From an uncultured Verrucomicrobiae bacterium (GTDB taxonomy: Bacteria; Verrucomicrobiota; Verrucomicrobiia; Chthoniobacterales; JAFAMB01): DNA of 64,000 bases. The translations under genes and the position numbers were made by a program. Under the pieces are notes generated by a model that searched no databases, was not told the DNA's origin, and was given only the letters and a program-made list of their open reading frames with translations. The stretch covers positions 736,001 through 800,000 of the forward strand of contig CAWEXO010000011.1 of the NCBI GenBank assembly GCA_963813025.1, given 5' to 3'. Positions 10,091 to 20,946 of the stretch are shown here, one piece after another (within the stretch, counting starts at the first letter, position 1; each line of letters opens with the position of its first letter).

Positions 10091-10285
10091 TAGTGTCAGT
10101 GCCAGTGCTAGTTGCGAGCGATCGGACCACATTGAAGCTATTGCGACTCATACGAGATGTGGAAAGCCTTTGCGCCGTGGGTCGCTGGCACTGGCACTGA
10201 CCCATTTGCCGATGCGGAGATCGCCGTTGAAACATAATACCGGTCAGTTAGCGTGACCCGCGATGATCCATTTGATAAATCGCCC

Positions 10286-11157
10286 ATGAAGCACGTCGTC
10301 ATCACCGGCGTTTCGTCCGGCATCGGATATGCCTGTTCCAAGGTCCTGCTCGACCACGGGTTCCGCGTTTGGGAGTGTGCGCACGCAGAAGGATGCCGAC
10401 CGGGTACAGCGCGAGTTTGGGCAGAATTTTTCTCCGCTCCTCTTTGACGTGACCGATCAAGCAGCAGTGGAATCTGCCATGGCGAAGGTCGCGGAGCACC
10501 TGTCGACGAACACACTGGATGGCTTGGTGAACAACGCGGGAATCGAGGTAGCCGGCCCCCTGGCTTCTCTGTCCGCGGAGGAGTTTCGTCATCAGCTGGA
10601 GGTGAACCTGGTCGGGCCCTTTATCGTTACGAAAGCATTCTTACCGCTTCTAGGCGCGGATCCGGCCCGCCGAGGACCGCCCGGGCGAATCGTGAATATC
10701 AGCTCCGCCGGCGGCAAAATCGCCGGTCCTTTTACCGGCGCTTATTCCGCGTCCAAATTTGGATTAGAAGGTTTCTCGGAAAGCTTGCGGCGCGAATTGA
10801 TCCGGTTTGGCATTGACGTGATCATCATCGGTCCCGGCGCGGTCGTGACTCCGATCTGGCAAAAGTCCGACCAGGGGGTCACTGAGCGATTTCGTGACAC
10901 TCCTTTTGCCGAGGCCTTGAGCAAGTTTGAGCGCTATGCCTTGCAGGAGGGTGCCAAGGGCCTTCCCGCCGGAGACAATTGGAAAATCGGTCTGGCGTGC
11001 TCTGGTAGCGCCCCGACCAAAGGTGCGTTATGCCGTTATTCCGAATCGCCTCACCAACTGGACCATTCCGCGATTGCTGCCCCCAAGACTCCTCGATAAG
11101 CTGGTGGCCGGCTTCATGGGAATCAAAAGGCGCGGAGGAATCCGCGAGACGAATTAG
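10286..11157 (+). CDS. SDR family oxidoreductase (two apparent frameshifts)
   Basis: TGVSSGIG in one frame; LVNNAG and YSASKF in a second; C-terminal PRPKVRY in a third. Confidence 0.8.
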
Positions 11158-11172
11158 CAAATTAATTAAGCC

Positions 11173-12417
11173 ATGCAAGACACAAGGCGTTCCACCCTGC
11201 CGGCTTTATTTGCCCTGCTGCTGGGTTTCGGACTCATGCAGATGGGAAATACCTTGCAGGGCACGCTCCTGAGTATTCGGGGCGGAATCGAGAGTTTCTC
11301 TCCAGCGCAGATCGGTGCGGTCGGGGCAGGCTTCTGGATTGGTATCGTCGTCGGCTCGCTCCGTTGTGGAAGAATCATTCGAAATGTTGGCCACATTCGG
11401 AGCTTCCTGGCTCTGGGAGCGATCGCCTCGAGCGTGCCGCTCCTTCACTTGCTGATCCTCAATCCGGTTGCGTGGATCGTCGCTCGTTGTCTAACCGGTT
11501 TTTGCTTTGCCGGGCTGTTTATCGTCGTGGAGAGCTGGCTCAACAGCGCAGCGACCGCCGACACACGGGGTCAAATCCTTAGCGTTTACGCGATGACCGG
11601 ACTATCGGCGGGGGTCTTGGGACAACTTCTTCTTCCAGCGACTGATCCGGCGGGCTTCAGGCCATTCTGTCTGACCTCGATCATTATTGCTTTTGCCCTG
11701 GTGCCGATTGCTTTGACTCGAGCTACAGCACCGACGCCAGGCGAGCATGCCCGGATCGACCTGCGAGTGCTCTATCGACAATCGCCCTTTGCGCTCATCG
11801 CCGCGCCTCTTTGTGGAATAACGACAAGTGCGTTCTTCGTCCTCGGCCCGATCGTGGCTCAACGGCGGGGGCTGGATACGGGCGGAGTTGCGGCATTCAT
11901 GGCGAGCGGTACCCTCGGACCATTTGTGATGGCTTGGCCGGTCGGCTGGCTCTCGGATCGCCTCGACCGGCGCGTTGTGGTCATTGGGGCCGCGATCACT
12001 GCGGCAGCGACGCTCTTTGTGATGAAGCAGCTGGTACCGGAGGACGCGACGCGTTGGGTGCTTTACCTCTGCGCCGGCCTGTTCGGCGGAACGATCGTAC
12101 CGGCCTACAGCGTTGTCATGGCGCATATGAACGACTCTGTTGACCCAGGCGAATTCGTCGTCGCATCGGGCGGGCTCCTGATTATGCAGGGACTCGGTGC
12201 GACGGTTGGACCGATCATTGCCGGCTTTGCCATGGAAGCTTCGCCACAAGGCCTGGCCTATATGCTCATCGCGACGCAGCTCTTGCTGGCCACATGGGGA
12301 ATCTACCGCACGACTCGCCGGGCCGCTCCGCCCCAGACGCAGAAAGGGGCTTTCCTGGTTGAGCCGGCTGTTCCCGTGGGTACCGCGTTCGAGGCGGCCC
12401 ACTTCGGAAACCGTTAG
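11173..12417 (+). CDS. MFS transporter (YcaD-like)
   Basis: About 12 hydrophobic segments; VVESWLN and GWLSDRLDRR motifs. Confidence 0.9.
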   Translation: MQDTRRSTLPALFALLLGFGLMQMGNTLQGTLLSIRGGIESFSPAQIGAVGAGFWIGIVVGSLRCGRIIRNVGHIRSFLALGAIASSVPLLHLLILNPVAWIVARCLTGFCFAGLFIVVESWLNSAATADTRGQILSVYAMTGLSAGVLGQLLLPATDPAGFRPFCLTSIIIAFALVPIALTRATAPTPGEHARIDLRVLYRQSPFALIAAPLCGITTSAFFVLGPIVAQRRGLDTGGVAAFMASGTLGPFVMAWPVGWLSDRLDRRVVVIGAAITAAATLFVMKQLVPEDATRWVLYLCAGLFGGTIVPAYSVVMAHMNDSVDPGEFVVASGGLLIMQGLGATVGPIIAGFAMEASPQGLAYMLIATQLLLATWGIYRTTRRAAPPQTQKGAFLVEPAVPVGTAFEAAHFGNR

Positions 12418-12576
12418 AATAGAACGTGCATGGGAGGTAGCGCGGACCGTCTCGGGTCTGTCGGACTTTGGACAGTGCGGCATTCTGAGACGATCTCCAG
12501 CGCTAGCGCGATCAATCGCTTGATGGTTTACTAACGATTTTCCGGGGGCGCGGTTAATTGGGGACAGGTCACGTTG

Positions 12577-12710
12577 GTAGCGCGGACGGCCTCGTCCGAA
12601 ACTCTCGTTCGCGTGCCAGTACATCGCGCAGATCCCTTTGATAGATGCGTTGGAGTGAGACGTACTGCTTGTGGGTCACGTCCGGATACGGACGAGGCCG
12701 TCCGCGCTAC
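12577..12710. repeat. GTAG-type REP inverted pair
   Basis: GTAGCGCGGACGGCCTCGTCCG and its reverse complement CGGACGAGGCCGTCCGCGCTAC about 90 nt apart. Confidence 0.75.
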
Positions 12711-12902
12711 GAGACATACCAATGTGAGTCGGCATTCCAGATGACGCTGCACTCCTCTGACGCTTTTCCCGGACTTGACACACACCTTGAACGGCCCGTA
12801 TATCCGGTCGGTCCCCACCAAAAAGGAAAGCCGGCGAGCGAGGCTCAGGCGAGTTTTTCAGAAAATGTCAGTACAGATGCGGCGAACTGTAGGCCTGTTT
12901 TT

Positions 12903-14007
12903 GTGAGAGAATCCAAACGAAGGGACGACCGCGATCGTTGTTGGCTGGCGTTGCTGCTGGCAGGGACAGTAGCCCTGATAGCCGGTTGTCAGCGAGAAAA
13001 CAAAGTCAGCGCTCCCGAGGTGCGTCCGGTCCGAACCATCGTCGCGGAGAAAGGGAATGCCGGCGAGACGCTCACTTTGACCGGGCATATCGAGGCCGAG
13101 AACGAGGCGACACTTGGCTTTCGGATCGGGGGACGAGTGATCGAGCGCAATGTCAATGTAGGCGATCGGGTGGAACCCGGGCAGGTTCTGGCCAAGCTGG
13201 ATCCCACCACCGAGCTGAGCGCGTTACAGTCGGCGGAGGCGGGCCTTGCGGCTGCGCGCGCTTCCCTGACCCAGGCGCGGAACAACTTCGATCGGCAGCG
13301 ACAGCTTTTTCAACGAGGCATCATCAGCCGCGCCGAACAGGATCGGGCGCAAGAGGCTCTGGATGTTAGCTCAGGCTCAAGTTGAAAATGCTCTCGGCCA
13401 GCTCGCCATTTCCCAGGAACGGGTCGGCTTTACTGAATTGAAAGCCGATGCACCCGGCACGGTTACGGCTCGGGGAGCGGAACCGGGAGAAGTCGTTCAG
13501 GCGGGGCAAATGATCGTCCGAATCGCTCGCCAGGAGGGGCGCGATGCGGTGTTTGATGTGCCGGCCCAAGTCCTGCGTTCCGTGCCGAACAACGCGGAGA
13601 TTAACGTGCGACTGGTCGAGGATCCCAAAGTGATGGCCCAAGGGCGGGTGCGCGAGGTGGGTGAACAAGCCGATCCGGTTACGAGAACGTTTCAGGTCAA
13701 AATCGGGCTAATCAATCCGCCGCCCGAGATGCGTCTGGGCTCGACGGTGAATGGGAGCACGCAACTGGCCTCGGTTCCGGCCGTTGCGCTGCCTGCCTCG
13801 GCGCTTACCCGGCAGGCCGTACGGTCCGCTGTCTGGGTGGTTGATCCTGCAACGCACCTGGTGTCTCTGCGCGACGTCGAGATCGCTAATTTCTTTCCGG
13901 ATACGGTGATCGTCACCAACGGCCTGGAGAATGGTGATATCGTCGTGACGGCAGGAGTCCAGGCACTTCACCCCGGACAAAAGGTTCGCCTCCTCGAATC
14001 AACCTGA
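12903..14007 (+). CDS. RND efflux periplasmic adaptor (frameshift near 13365; start approximate)
   Basis: IAGC lipobox; GFRIGGRVIERNVNVGDRV, ADPVTRTF and GDIVVTAGVQALHPGQKV split over two ORFs. Confidence 0.85.
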
Positions 14008-14013
14008 TCAATA

Positions 14014-17000
14014 ATGAATCTCTCGGACTGGGCGCTTAAGCACCGATCCTTCGTTATCTATCTCATGGCGGCTGCGGTCGTGGCCGGCGTGTTTTCCTAT
14101 CTCCGACTCGGGCGTAGCGAGGACCCGGCGTTTGTTATAAAGACAATGGTCGTCGGCGCCGGCTGGCCGGGCGCCACACTGGACGAGACCCTCCAGCAAG
14201 TCACCGAACGACTTGAGCGCAAACTGCAGGAGACGCCGAATATTGATTTTGTCCGGAGCTTTACTCGCGCTGGACAAACGACCATCTTTGTCAACCTCCA
14301 GCAATCCACCACCGCGAAGGAAGTGCCGGACATCTGGTATCACGTTCGGAAGAGTATTGGGGATATCGAACATACGTTGCCGCCTGGAGTGGTTGGCCCC
14401 TTCTTCGATGACGAGTTCGGAGAGACGTATGGAATCATCTACGGTTTTAACGCGGACGGATTTACCCACCGCGAGGTGCGCGACTACGTCGAAGATATTC
14501 GCTCGCGGCTGTTGCACGTGCCGGATGTCTTGAAAGTCGAAGTTCTCGGGGCGCAAGAGGAGAAAGTTTTCGTTGAATTTTCAGTCCAGCAATTGGCGCG
14601 ACTCGGGATCGATCGAGCCGCGCTCATCTCCGCTTTGCAAGCGCAGAATGCTGTTATTCCCTCCGGCACGATTCAGACCGGGAACGAGAGACTATTGCTG
14701 CGCGTATCTGGCGCATTCGAGTCAGAGGCCAGTCTTTTGGCGGTCAACTTCGTTTCCAATGGGCGGTATGATTCGTTTGCGCGATATCGCGACCGTGCGC
14801 CGGGAGTACTCTGATCCTCCACAGCCGCTCTTTCGGGTAAACGGACAACCGAGCATCGGCCTGGCGATTGCGATGAGGGAGGGCGGCGATATTCTTGCGG
14901 TCGGCAGGAACGTTCGGCATCTGATGCGGGATGTTGAGGCTAATCTTCCCATCGGGATCCAACCCGTTCTGGTTGCCGATCAACCCGAGGTGGTCGACCA
15001 CGCGATCAGTGCTTTCACCGAGTCACTCTGGCAGGCGATAGTTATCATCTTGATTATAAGTTTTATTGCCCTTGGCGTTCGAGCCGGAACGATCATCGCA
15101 CTTTCGATACCGCTGACGCTCGCCCTTGTTTTGCCAGTGATGCAGGTGGCCGAGATCGATCTACAGCGAATCTCGCTGGGCGCGCTGATCATTGCGTTGA
15201 GTCTGCTGGTCGACAACGCGATGACCACCATCGATTCGATAAGCTCCCGTCTGACGGCCGGTGACGCCAAAGAGAAGGCGGCAACCTATGCCTATGACAC
15301 GCTGGCCATCCCGATGCTGACCGGGACGTTCATAACGGCGGCGGCTTTTGTTCCAATCGGTTTCGCGGCTAGCGGCGCCGGTGAGTACACCTTTTCCATT
15401 TTTGCGGTCGTCAGCATCGCTCTCCTTGTCTCCTGGTTTGTTGCCGTCCTGTTTTCGCCGTTGCTCGGGATAGCTCTCCTCAAGAAGCCCAAACCCTCCA
15501 AGTCCGGTAAGCCCAACGTAGTCTTGCGAGTGTTTCGCGGCCTGCTTGTCGGGGCGATGCGGTTTCGCTGGATCACCGTGGCGGTTACCGTTGCCTGTCT
15601 GGTCTTATCTGTCCTGGCGCTGCCGTTGGTGCCAAGGGAATTTTTTCCGGCCTCGGATCGTCCGGAGTTGCTGGTTGATATCAGGCTGCCGCAGAATGCC
15701 TCGATCTACGCGAGCGAGGCGCAGGTGAAGCGGCTGGACGGTCTTTTGAGAGGAGATCCGGATGTTCAGAGCTGGAGCAGTTATGTCGGACGGGGAGCGA
15801 TTCGGTTCTATCTGCCGCTTAACGTGGAGCTGGCGAACGATTTTTTCTCTCAGACCGTAGTGATCGCAAAAAACCTGGCGGGGCGCGAGCGCTTGCAGAA
15901 AAAGCTTGAGACTGAGCTGGCGGAACAGTTTCCCAGCGCAGTGTCGCGGGTTTCGACTTTGGGTTTGGGACCTCCGGTCGGCTGGCCGGTGCAGTATCGC
16001 GTGAGCGGTCCGGACCTCGGCCAGGTGCGGACGTTTGCTCTGCAACTCGCAGCCGTTATCGCCAAGAACCCGGGGCTCAGGCACGTGAATTTCGACTGGA
16101 TGGAACCGGCGCGCATGCTTCGGATCCGAGTCGACCAGGACCAGGCGCGACTGCTCGGTCTCAGCTCGCAAGCGATTGGGAGCGCGCTTAACGCCGTCGT
16201 TACCGGAACCCCGGTCACGCAGATACGCGATGGCATCTACCTGATCGATGTGATTGCCCGGGCGAACGATGAGCAGCGAGTTTCGCTCGCGACACTCAGC
16301 AATTTGCAGGTGCCCGTGCCGGGTGGACGCACCGTTCCCTTGAGTCAGTTTGCCAGGTTCGATTTCGCCCAGGAATACCCGTTGGTTTGGCGCCGCGACC
16401 GAGTCCCAACCCTGACGGTGCAGGCTGACTCCGTGCCTGGTGGACTGCCCGAGACCGCGGTGTCAGCTCTTGCCCCCGAGGTCGATAAACTGAACGCAAG
16501 TCTGCCGCCGCCTTACCGGATCGAGACTGGGGGGGTAGTGGAGGAGAGCGCGAAATCCCAGGCTTCTGTTGCCGCTGTGGTTCCGGTAACCTTGTTGTTG
16601 ATTATCACCTTGCTCATGATGCAATTGCACAGCTTCAATCGCATGCTCCTGGTGCTGGCGGTTGTCCCAATGGCGTTTATCGGCGTGGTTGGCGCCTTGC
16701 TCATCTTCCAAAAGCCGCTTGGCTTTGTTGCTATTCTGGGCATTCTGGCCCTCATCGGAATGGTTGCTCGCAATGCAGTTATTCTTATCGAGGAGGTCGA
16801 GGCGCAGCGCAGAGTTGGGGTGGACGCTTGGAATGCGGTCATCCAAGCATCTTTATCTCGCTTTCGTCCTATTGTGCTCACCGCTATATCGACGGTTTTG
16901 GGAATGATTCCGATTGCCGTTACCATCTTCTGGGGTCCGATGGCGTTTGCGATTATGGGCGGTTTGCTGGTAGGTACGATCCTCACCTTGATTTTTCTGC

Positions 17001-17080
17001 CCGCGCTGTACGTCGCCTGGTTCCGGGTCAAAGAACCTCGTACGCGTGAAGGAGTCCTGGCGCCGGCAACCGGAACCTGA
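14014..17080 (+). CDS. RND efflux permease, AcrB family (frameshift near 14765)
   Basis: MNLSDWAL...LGRSEDP, LLVDNAM and SRFRPIVLTA motifs over two ORFs. Confidence 0.9.
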
Positions 17081-17094
17081 ACGGTTCGTGCCCT

Positions 17095-17176
17095 GGAGCA
17101 GCAGAACTCTCTGGCGTAGCCGGAGCGACCGCCTGCATCACTCCCAAATCCCTGAGGATTTGCAAGCGGCGCAGGC
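17095..17176. repeat. REP-like family A, copy 2
   Basis: GCAGCAGAACTCTCTGGCGTAGCCGGAG plus GCCTGCATCACTCCCAAATCC...GGATTTGCAAGCGGCGCAGGC. Confidence 0.7.
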
Positions 17177-17178
17177 TT

Positions 17179-18416
17179 ATGTTCAAAACATTTTTTGCTG
17201 GCGCTATGATCAACAACATTCAGGTACCCGGGTTTCTCACCGCGACAATTGCCATCATTGTGTTTTTCGTGGGTGTCGGCCTCAATCACGCGATCGCGCC
17301 GCTCCGGCGCTGGAACATTCCGGAAGCGGTGACCGGCGGCCTGCTTGCGGCGATCGTGACCCTGATCGCATACCGGTTTTTGGGTGTAGCGATTACGTTC
17401 GATCTTGGTGCCCGTGATTTGCTGTTACTCTATTTCTTTACCGGCATCGGCCTCAACGCTCGAGCTCAGCGATCTCCTTACCGGAGGACGTCCCTTTCTC
17501 GTTCTGCTGACCCTCACGGTCGTCTTCCTGATACTGCAGAACCTGATCGCAGCCGGCAGTGTTGCCGCGCTCGGTCTTCCGAAAGGGATCACTGTGCTAC
17601 TGGGTTCTGCCTCGTTGATTGGCGGACACGGCACCACCATCGCTTGGGCGCCCCTCATCCAGCAACGTTTCGGATTGGTGAACGCCATGGAGGTCGGGGT
17701 AGCCGCGGCGACGCTTGGGTTGGTAATCGCCAGCGTCGTAGGCGGGCCGGTCGCGGGGTTTCTGATCTTACGTCATGGGCTCAGAGGACCGATCGACGAG
17801 TCGCCGGTGGTCGGACTGCCGGACGTTCCCGATGCACCAGGGAATGACGACCTGAACCATATCAGCCTCCTGCGGACATTTCTGGTTCTCAACGTGGCGA
17901 TACTCCTTGGTTTCGTCGTCGATGAAGTTGTGGCGCAGCACTGGTATAAAGCTGCCTCTCTTCGTCGCTTGCATGATCGTGGCGATTATCCTCACCAATA
18001 CCATTCCGCGCTTGTTACCGCGTCTGCGCTGGCCTTCACGGAGCCCGGATCTGGCGCTCATCTCCGATCTTTCCCTGAACATTTTCCTGGCCATGTCGTT
18101 GATGAGCCTGCAGCTGTGGACGCTTGGTGGACTTGGCCCAGCGCTTGTGGTGGTCCTGGCCATCCAGACGGTAGCCACGGTCGCCTACATTGTGTTTGTC
18201 GTTTTCCCGGCAATGGGTCGCGATTACCTGGCAGCGGTGATTGCCGCCGGGTTCAGCGGCATCAGCCTCGGCGCGACACCGACCGCCATCGCCAACATGA
18301 CGGCGGTCAAGAAGGTCTATGGCGCGGCTCCGACAGCGTTCATCATCCTTCCCCTGGTGTCCGCCTTCTTCATCGACCTCGTCAATGCCTTGGTCATCGG
18401 CTTCTTCGTGCGCTGA
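17179..18416 (+). CDS. gltS: Sodium/glutamate symporter (two apparent frameshifts)
   Basis: NIPEAVTGG, GGHGT, AAATLGL and GATPTAIANM motifs over three ORFs. Confidence 0.85.
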
Positions 18417-18424
18417 CCGATGAA

Positions 18425-18586
18425 CGTCTTGGAGTGCGCGCGAACTTGTCGCCGCTTTAGGACCGCGCGGAGCGCGGCTTAGGCCGAGGACGGAACAGCA
18501 AAGCGCCGGTTTCGGGCGAGAAGAGCCCCATACCCGCGCTCCGCGCAGATCTCAAAGCGGCGACAAGTCGCGCGCACTCCAAGACG
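18425..18586. repeat. Long inverted-repeat REP/MITE-like element between convergent genes
   Basis: CGTCTTGGAGTGCGCGCGAACTTGTCGCCGCTTT ... AAAGCGGCGACAAGTCGCGCGCACTCCAAGACG, near-perfect arms of about 33 bp. Confidence 0.85.
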
Positions 18587-18587
18587 C

Positions 18588-19739
18588 TCATCGGCCATTG
18601 GTCATCACCGTGGGCCGTATTCGCAGCATTGTCCGGCCGTAAGATTCCGCGCAAGCGAAGACCGCTTTATACACTTCGCAATAAGGGTCCTTGGCCATCA
18701 TCGTTCCAAGGGCACTGTAGGTTCGCACCGGGCAGCCGCCATGGCAGATCGAAAGATAGCGGCAGGAGAGGCAGTCTTCGTCTTGCACCAAGCGCTTCGG
18801 CCGTTCCACGAAATCTTGCCGCGCCCGGCTCGTTTTCAGCATGCGAGTGAGATCGGGTTCTTGAAAAACGTTGCCGAAAAAATATTCCGGATAGCTGGTA
18901 ACCCAGCAGTCGCACTGGGCAACTGTGCCTTTGGAGTCCACGGAAATAAATTGGTTGGAGCAGTTCTCCTTCCAGATGCAGGGAAGACGCGCCTCTTTAC
19001 CGGTGAAATGATTCATCAACCCGTCAAACGGGCCCGAGGGAAACGCCCTTCCCGTAGCCTCGCGCTATCCAGATATCGAAGAGCCCGACTAAAAAGGCGG
19101 CCAACTCGAGCATATCGAGCTTGAAATCGTCCTCGATTTGTTTTGCCGGACCACCGGGAAACGGGGTATTGACCTGGAAATCCGTCAGACCGAGTTCCTC
19201 GGTGTAATAACGGTAAAATTTTTCCGGACCTGCCTTCAGAGTGGCTTGGTGAAGCACGGCGATCACCCCGATCTCGATCCCGGCCGCTTTGGCCTCATGC
19301 AGCCTTTGTGTCCAGAGCTTGGTGTAGGCCTCCGCGCCGCCTCGGAAAAGCTTGCGATGAACATTGGGATAATCCATCGATGTTCCGAGTGAGCCGTTAA
19401 ACATCCCGTGGATCACGTCATTCCACGCGGGCGAGTAACTGATCAGATTCGTTTGCAGATAGTGAGAAAAGCGCCGTCCTCGCTTCGCGGCGGCGGAGTC
19501 CATAACCTCTCCCGCATGCGCGAACCAGTCGGGTCCCATGATCATCGCCTCGCCGCCCTGCCAGTAAATTTCGCACTCCTCGATGCGCTCTTTCTCCAAA
19601 TGGTCCAGCAAGCGCTTAGTCAACAGAGGGAACAGGCGGGTGACAGACGATGCGGCTCTTTGTGCTCAAAGCAGTAATCGCAAGCGACGTTGCATTCCGA
19701 CGTCGGAAGAAGAATGACGCTGAAAACTCGACCACTCAC
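18588..19739 (-). CDS. Radical SAM/SPASM-domain enzyme, putative peptide maturase (about two frameshifts)
   Basis: Manual translation from GTG 19739: MSGRVFSVILLPTSECNVACDYCFEH (CxxxCxxC). Then YWQGGEA, LQTNL and the SPASM region CIWKENC...AQCDC...CLSCRYLSICHGGC...DPYC. Confidence 0.9.
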
Positions 19740-20635
19740 TGTGTATTTTGCCCCGCCCAGGTCGGGTTAGCTGGTTTGTCGAGGCGCAACCGGCCAGGTC
19801 TTCGACCGATCTCGTTTGCCGCCGCTTGAATGTCGGAAAAGAGCTCTTTTACTCCTTCACAGGAGTAAGCTGGATCCGGCCATTTGAAATAGCCGCGGCA
19901 TGGCTGTTGCCAGGGACAGGCCGCGCATTCAGCGTCCCTGTGCAAGGAGGCTGCTCAAGATGACTCTCGACAAATTCCGCGGGAGCGCCTCCGATTGGTC
20001 CGAACCGAGCCGGAGCGGGGCAACTTGGCCTGTCCATCGATATCGTACTGGAGAAAGAACGGCTGGATCTTCCTCGAGGATCATCCAGAGCGAGCCGGCG
20101 TCAGCGCCACGTAGGCGGTCGCGAGCAGCGAGTGGAAGAACTCCACCGGCGCCTCGACCGCCGGTTCATAAAGATAGAAGTCAGAGCTTCTTTGAGTTCG
20201 GTTAGGGTCGTCGGCGTATGGTTGACCCGGCAATATCCTCGGACTGGAAACCGCAAGGCTCCAGCGAGTTTGACCGCCTTGAGCAAACCGCGTCCAGCCG
20301 GGATGGTCACGCGGACGTCGTGGACTGCGCAGGCATCAACCAATCGGTAGAGGTCCGAAAACTCCGAAGCCGGGTCGGCCAGAACGATGTCAATGGAACG
20401 TCGGAGTCGCTGTGCGCCACCTCCGTCCAGGCATCCGAATCGCCCGACATCCCTTCGACCTGGAGCCACTCCAAACCGGGGAGCGGATCGCCGAGCCATC
20501 GGCAGAGTTCCTCTCGATTCCGGACAATGGCGACGAAGGGCAGATCACCTTGCGTTCTCCGCCAGAGCAGACGGCAAGATCTGAGAGGACGATGATGATC
20601 TTCCTCGGGCACGCAAATTCCAGAGGCTCACTCAC
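19736..20635 (-). CDS. Hypothetical maturase partner with a degenerate SPASM-like tail (multiple frameshifts)
   Basis: Stitched frames give DLPFVAIVRNREELCRWL...DIVLADPASEFSDLYRL...PVEFFHSLL...LWMILEEDPA...CAACPWQQPCRGYF...YSCEG. GTGA overlaps at both ends; no CxxxCxxC seen. Confidence 0.6.
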
Positions 20636-20926
20636 CACCGATTGAGCCAGCTGCCCGCGACGTCGGCCACCCCAGCGGTTGATCCACCTACCCCGACGCC
20701 GAGGACCCCAGCGGTTGATCCATCCGCCGCGGCGAGGACCCCAGCGGTTGATCCAAACTCTGCGCATTGGCCTTCGGCGCGGAGGCAAGCCAAGCACGCC
20801 AGCCAGCCCGATCGCCGCAATCGCGGCCCCAGACCATTTTCCCATGCTCCGGAGAAATAGCCGCCTGTTCAGCGACTCTTTTTCGCTGTCGGAGCCTTCC
20901 GTTTCAGAAGAGGGTTGATTATTCAT
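20632..20926 (-). CDS. Putative RiPP precursor with a Tat-like leader and four W[IL]NRW repeats
   Basis: LNRRLFLRSMGKWSGAAIAAIGLAG, then WINRWGPRRGG-WINRWGPRRRGR-WINRWGGRRR and, after a 1-nt shift, GSWLNRW-stop. Confidence 0.75.
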
Positions 20927-20946
20927 AACATTAAAGGGCGAGGTTC

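Noticed and set aside
13360..14770. Programmed frameshifting in the RND genes
   Set aside because: No clear slippery motif, and similar indels affect most neighbouring genes. Sequencing error is the simpler explanation.
20669..20755. Three exact 18-bp direct repeats resembling a mini CRISPR array
   Set aside because: The periods are 36 and 33 nt (multiples of three), the spacers are only 15-18 nt and similar to each other, and there are no cas genes. The repeats encode WINRWG.
20390..20926. 178-aa ORF as annotated in the track
   Set aside because: It is probably a chimera of the precursor and the start of the next gene caused by a 1-nt indel. The fourth repeat and its stop lie in another frame.
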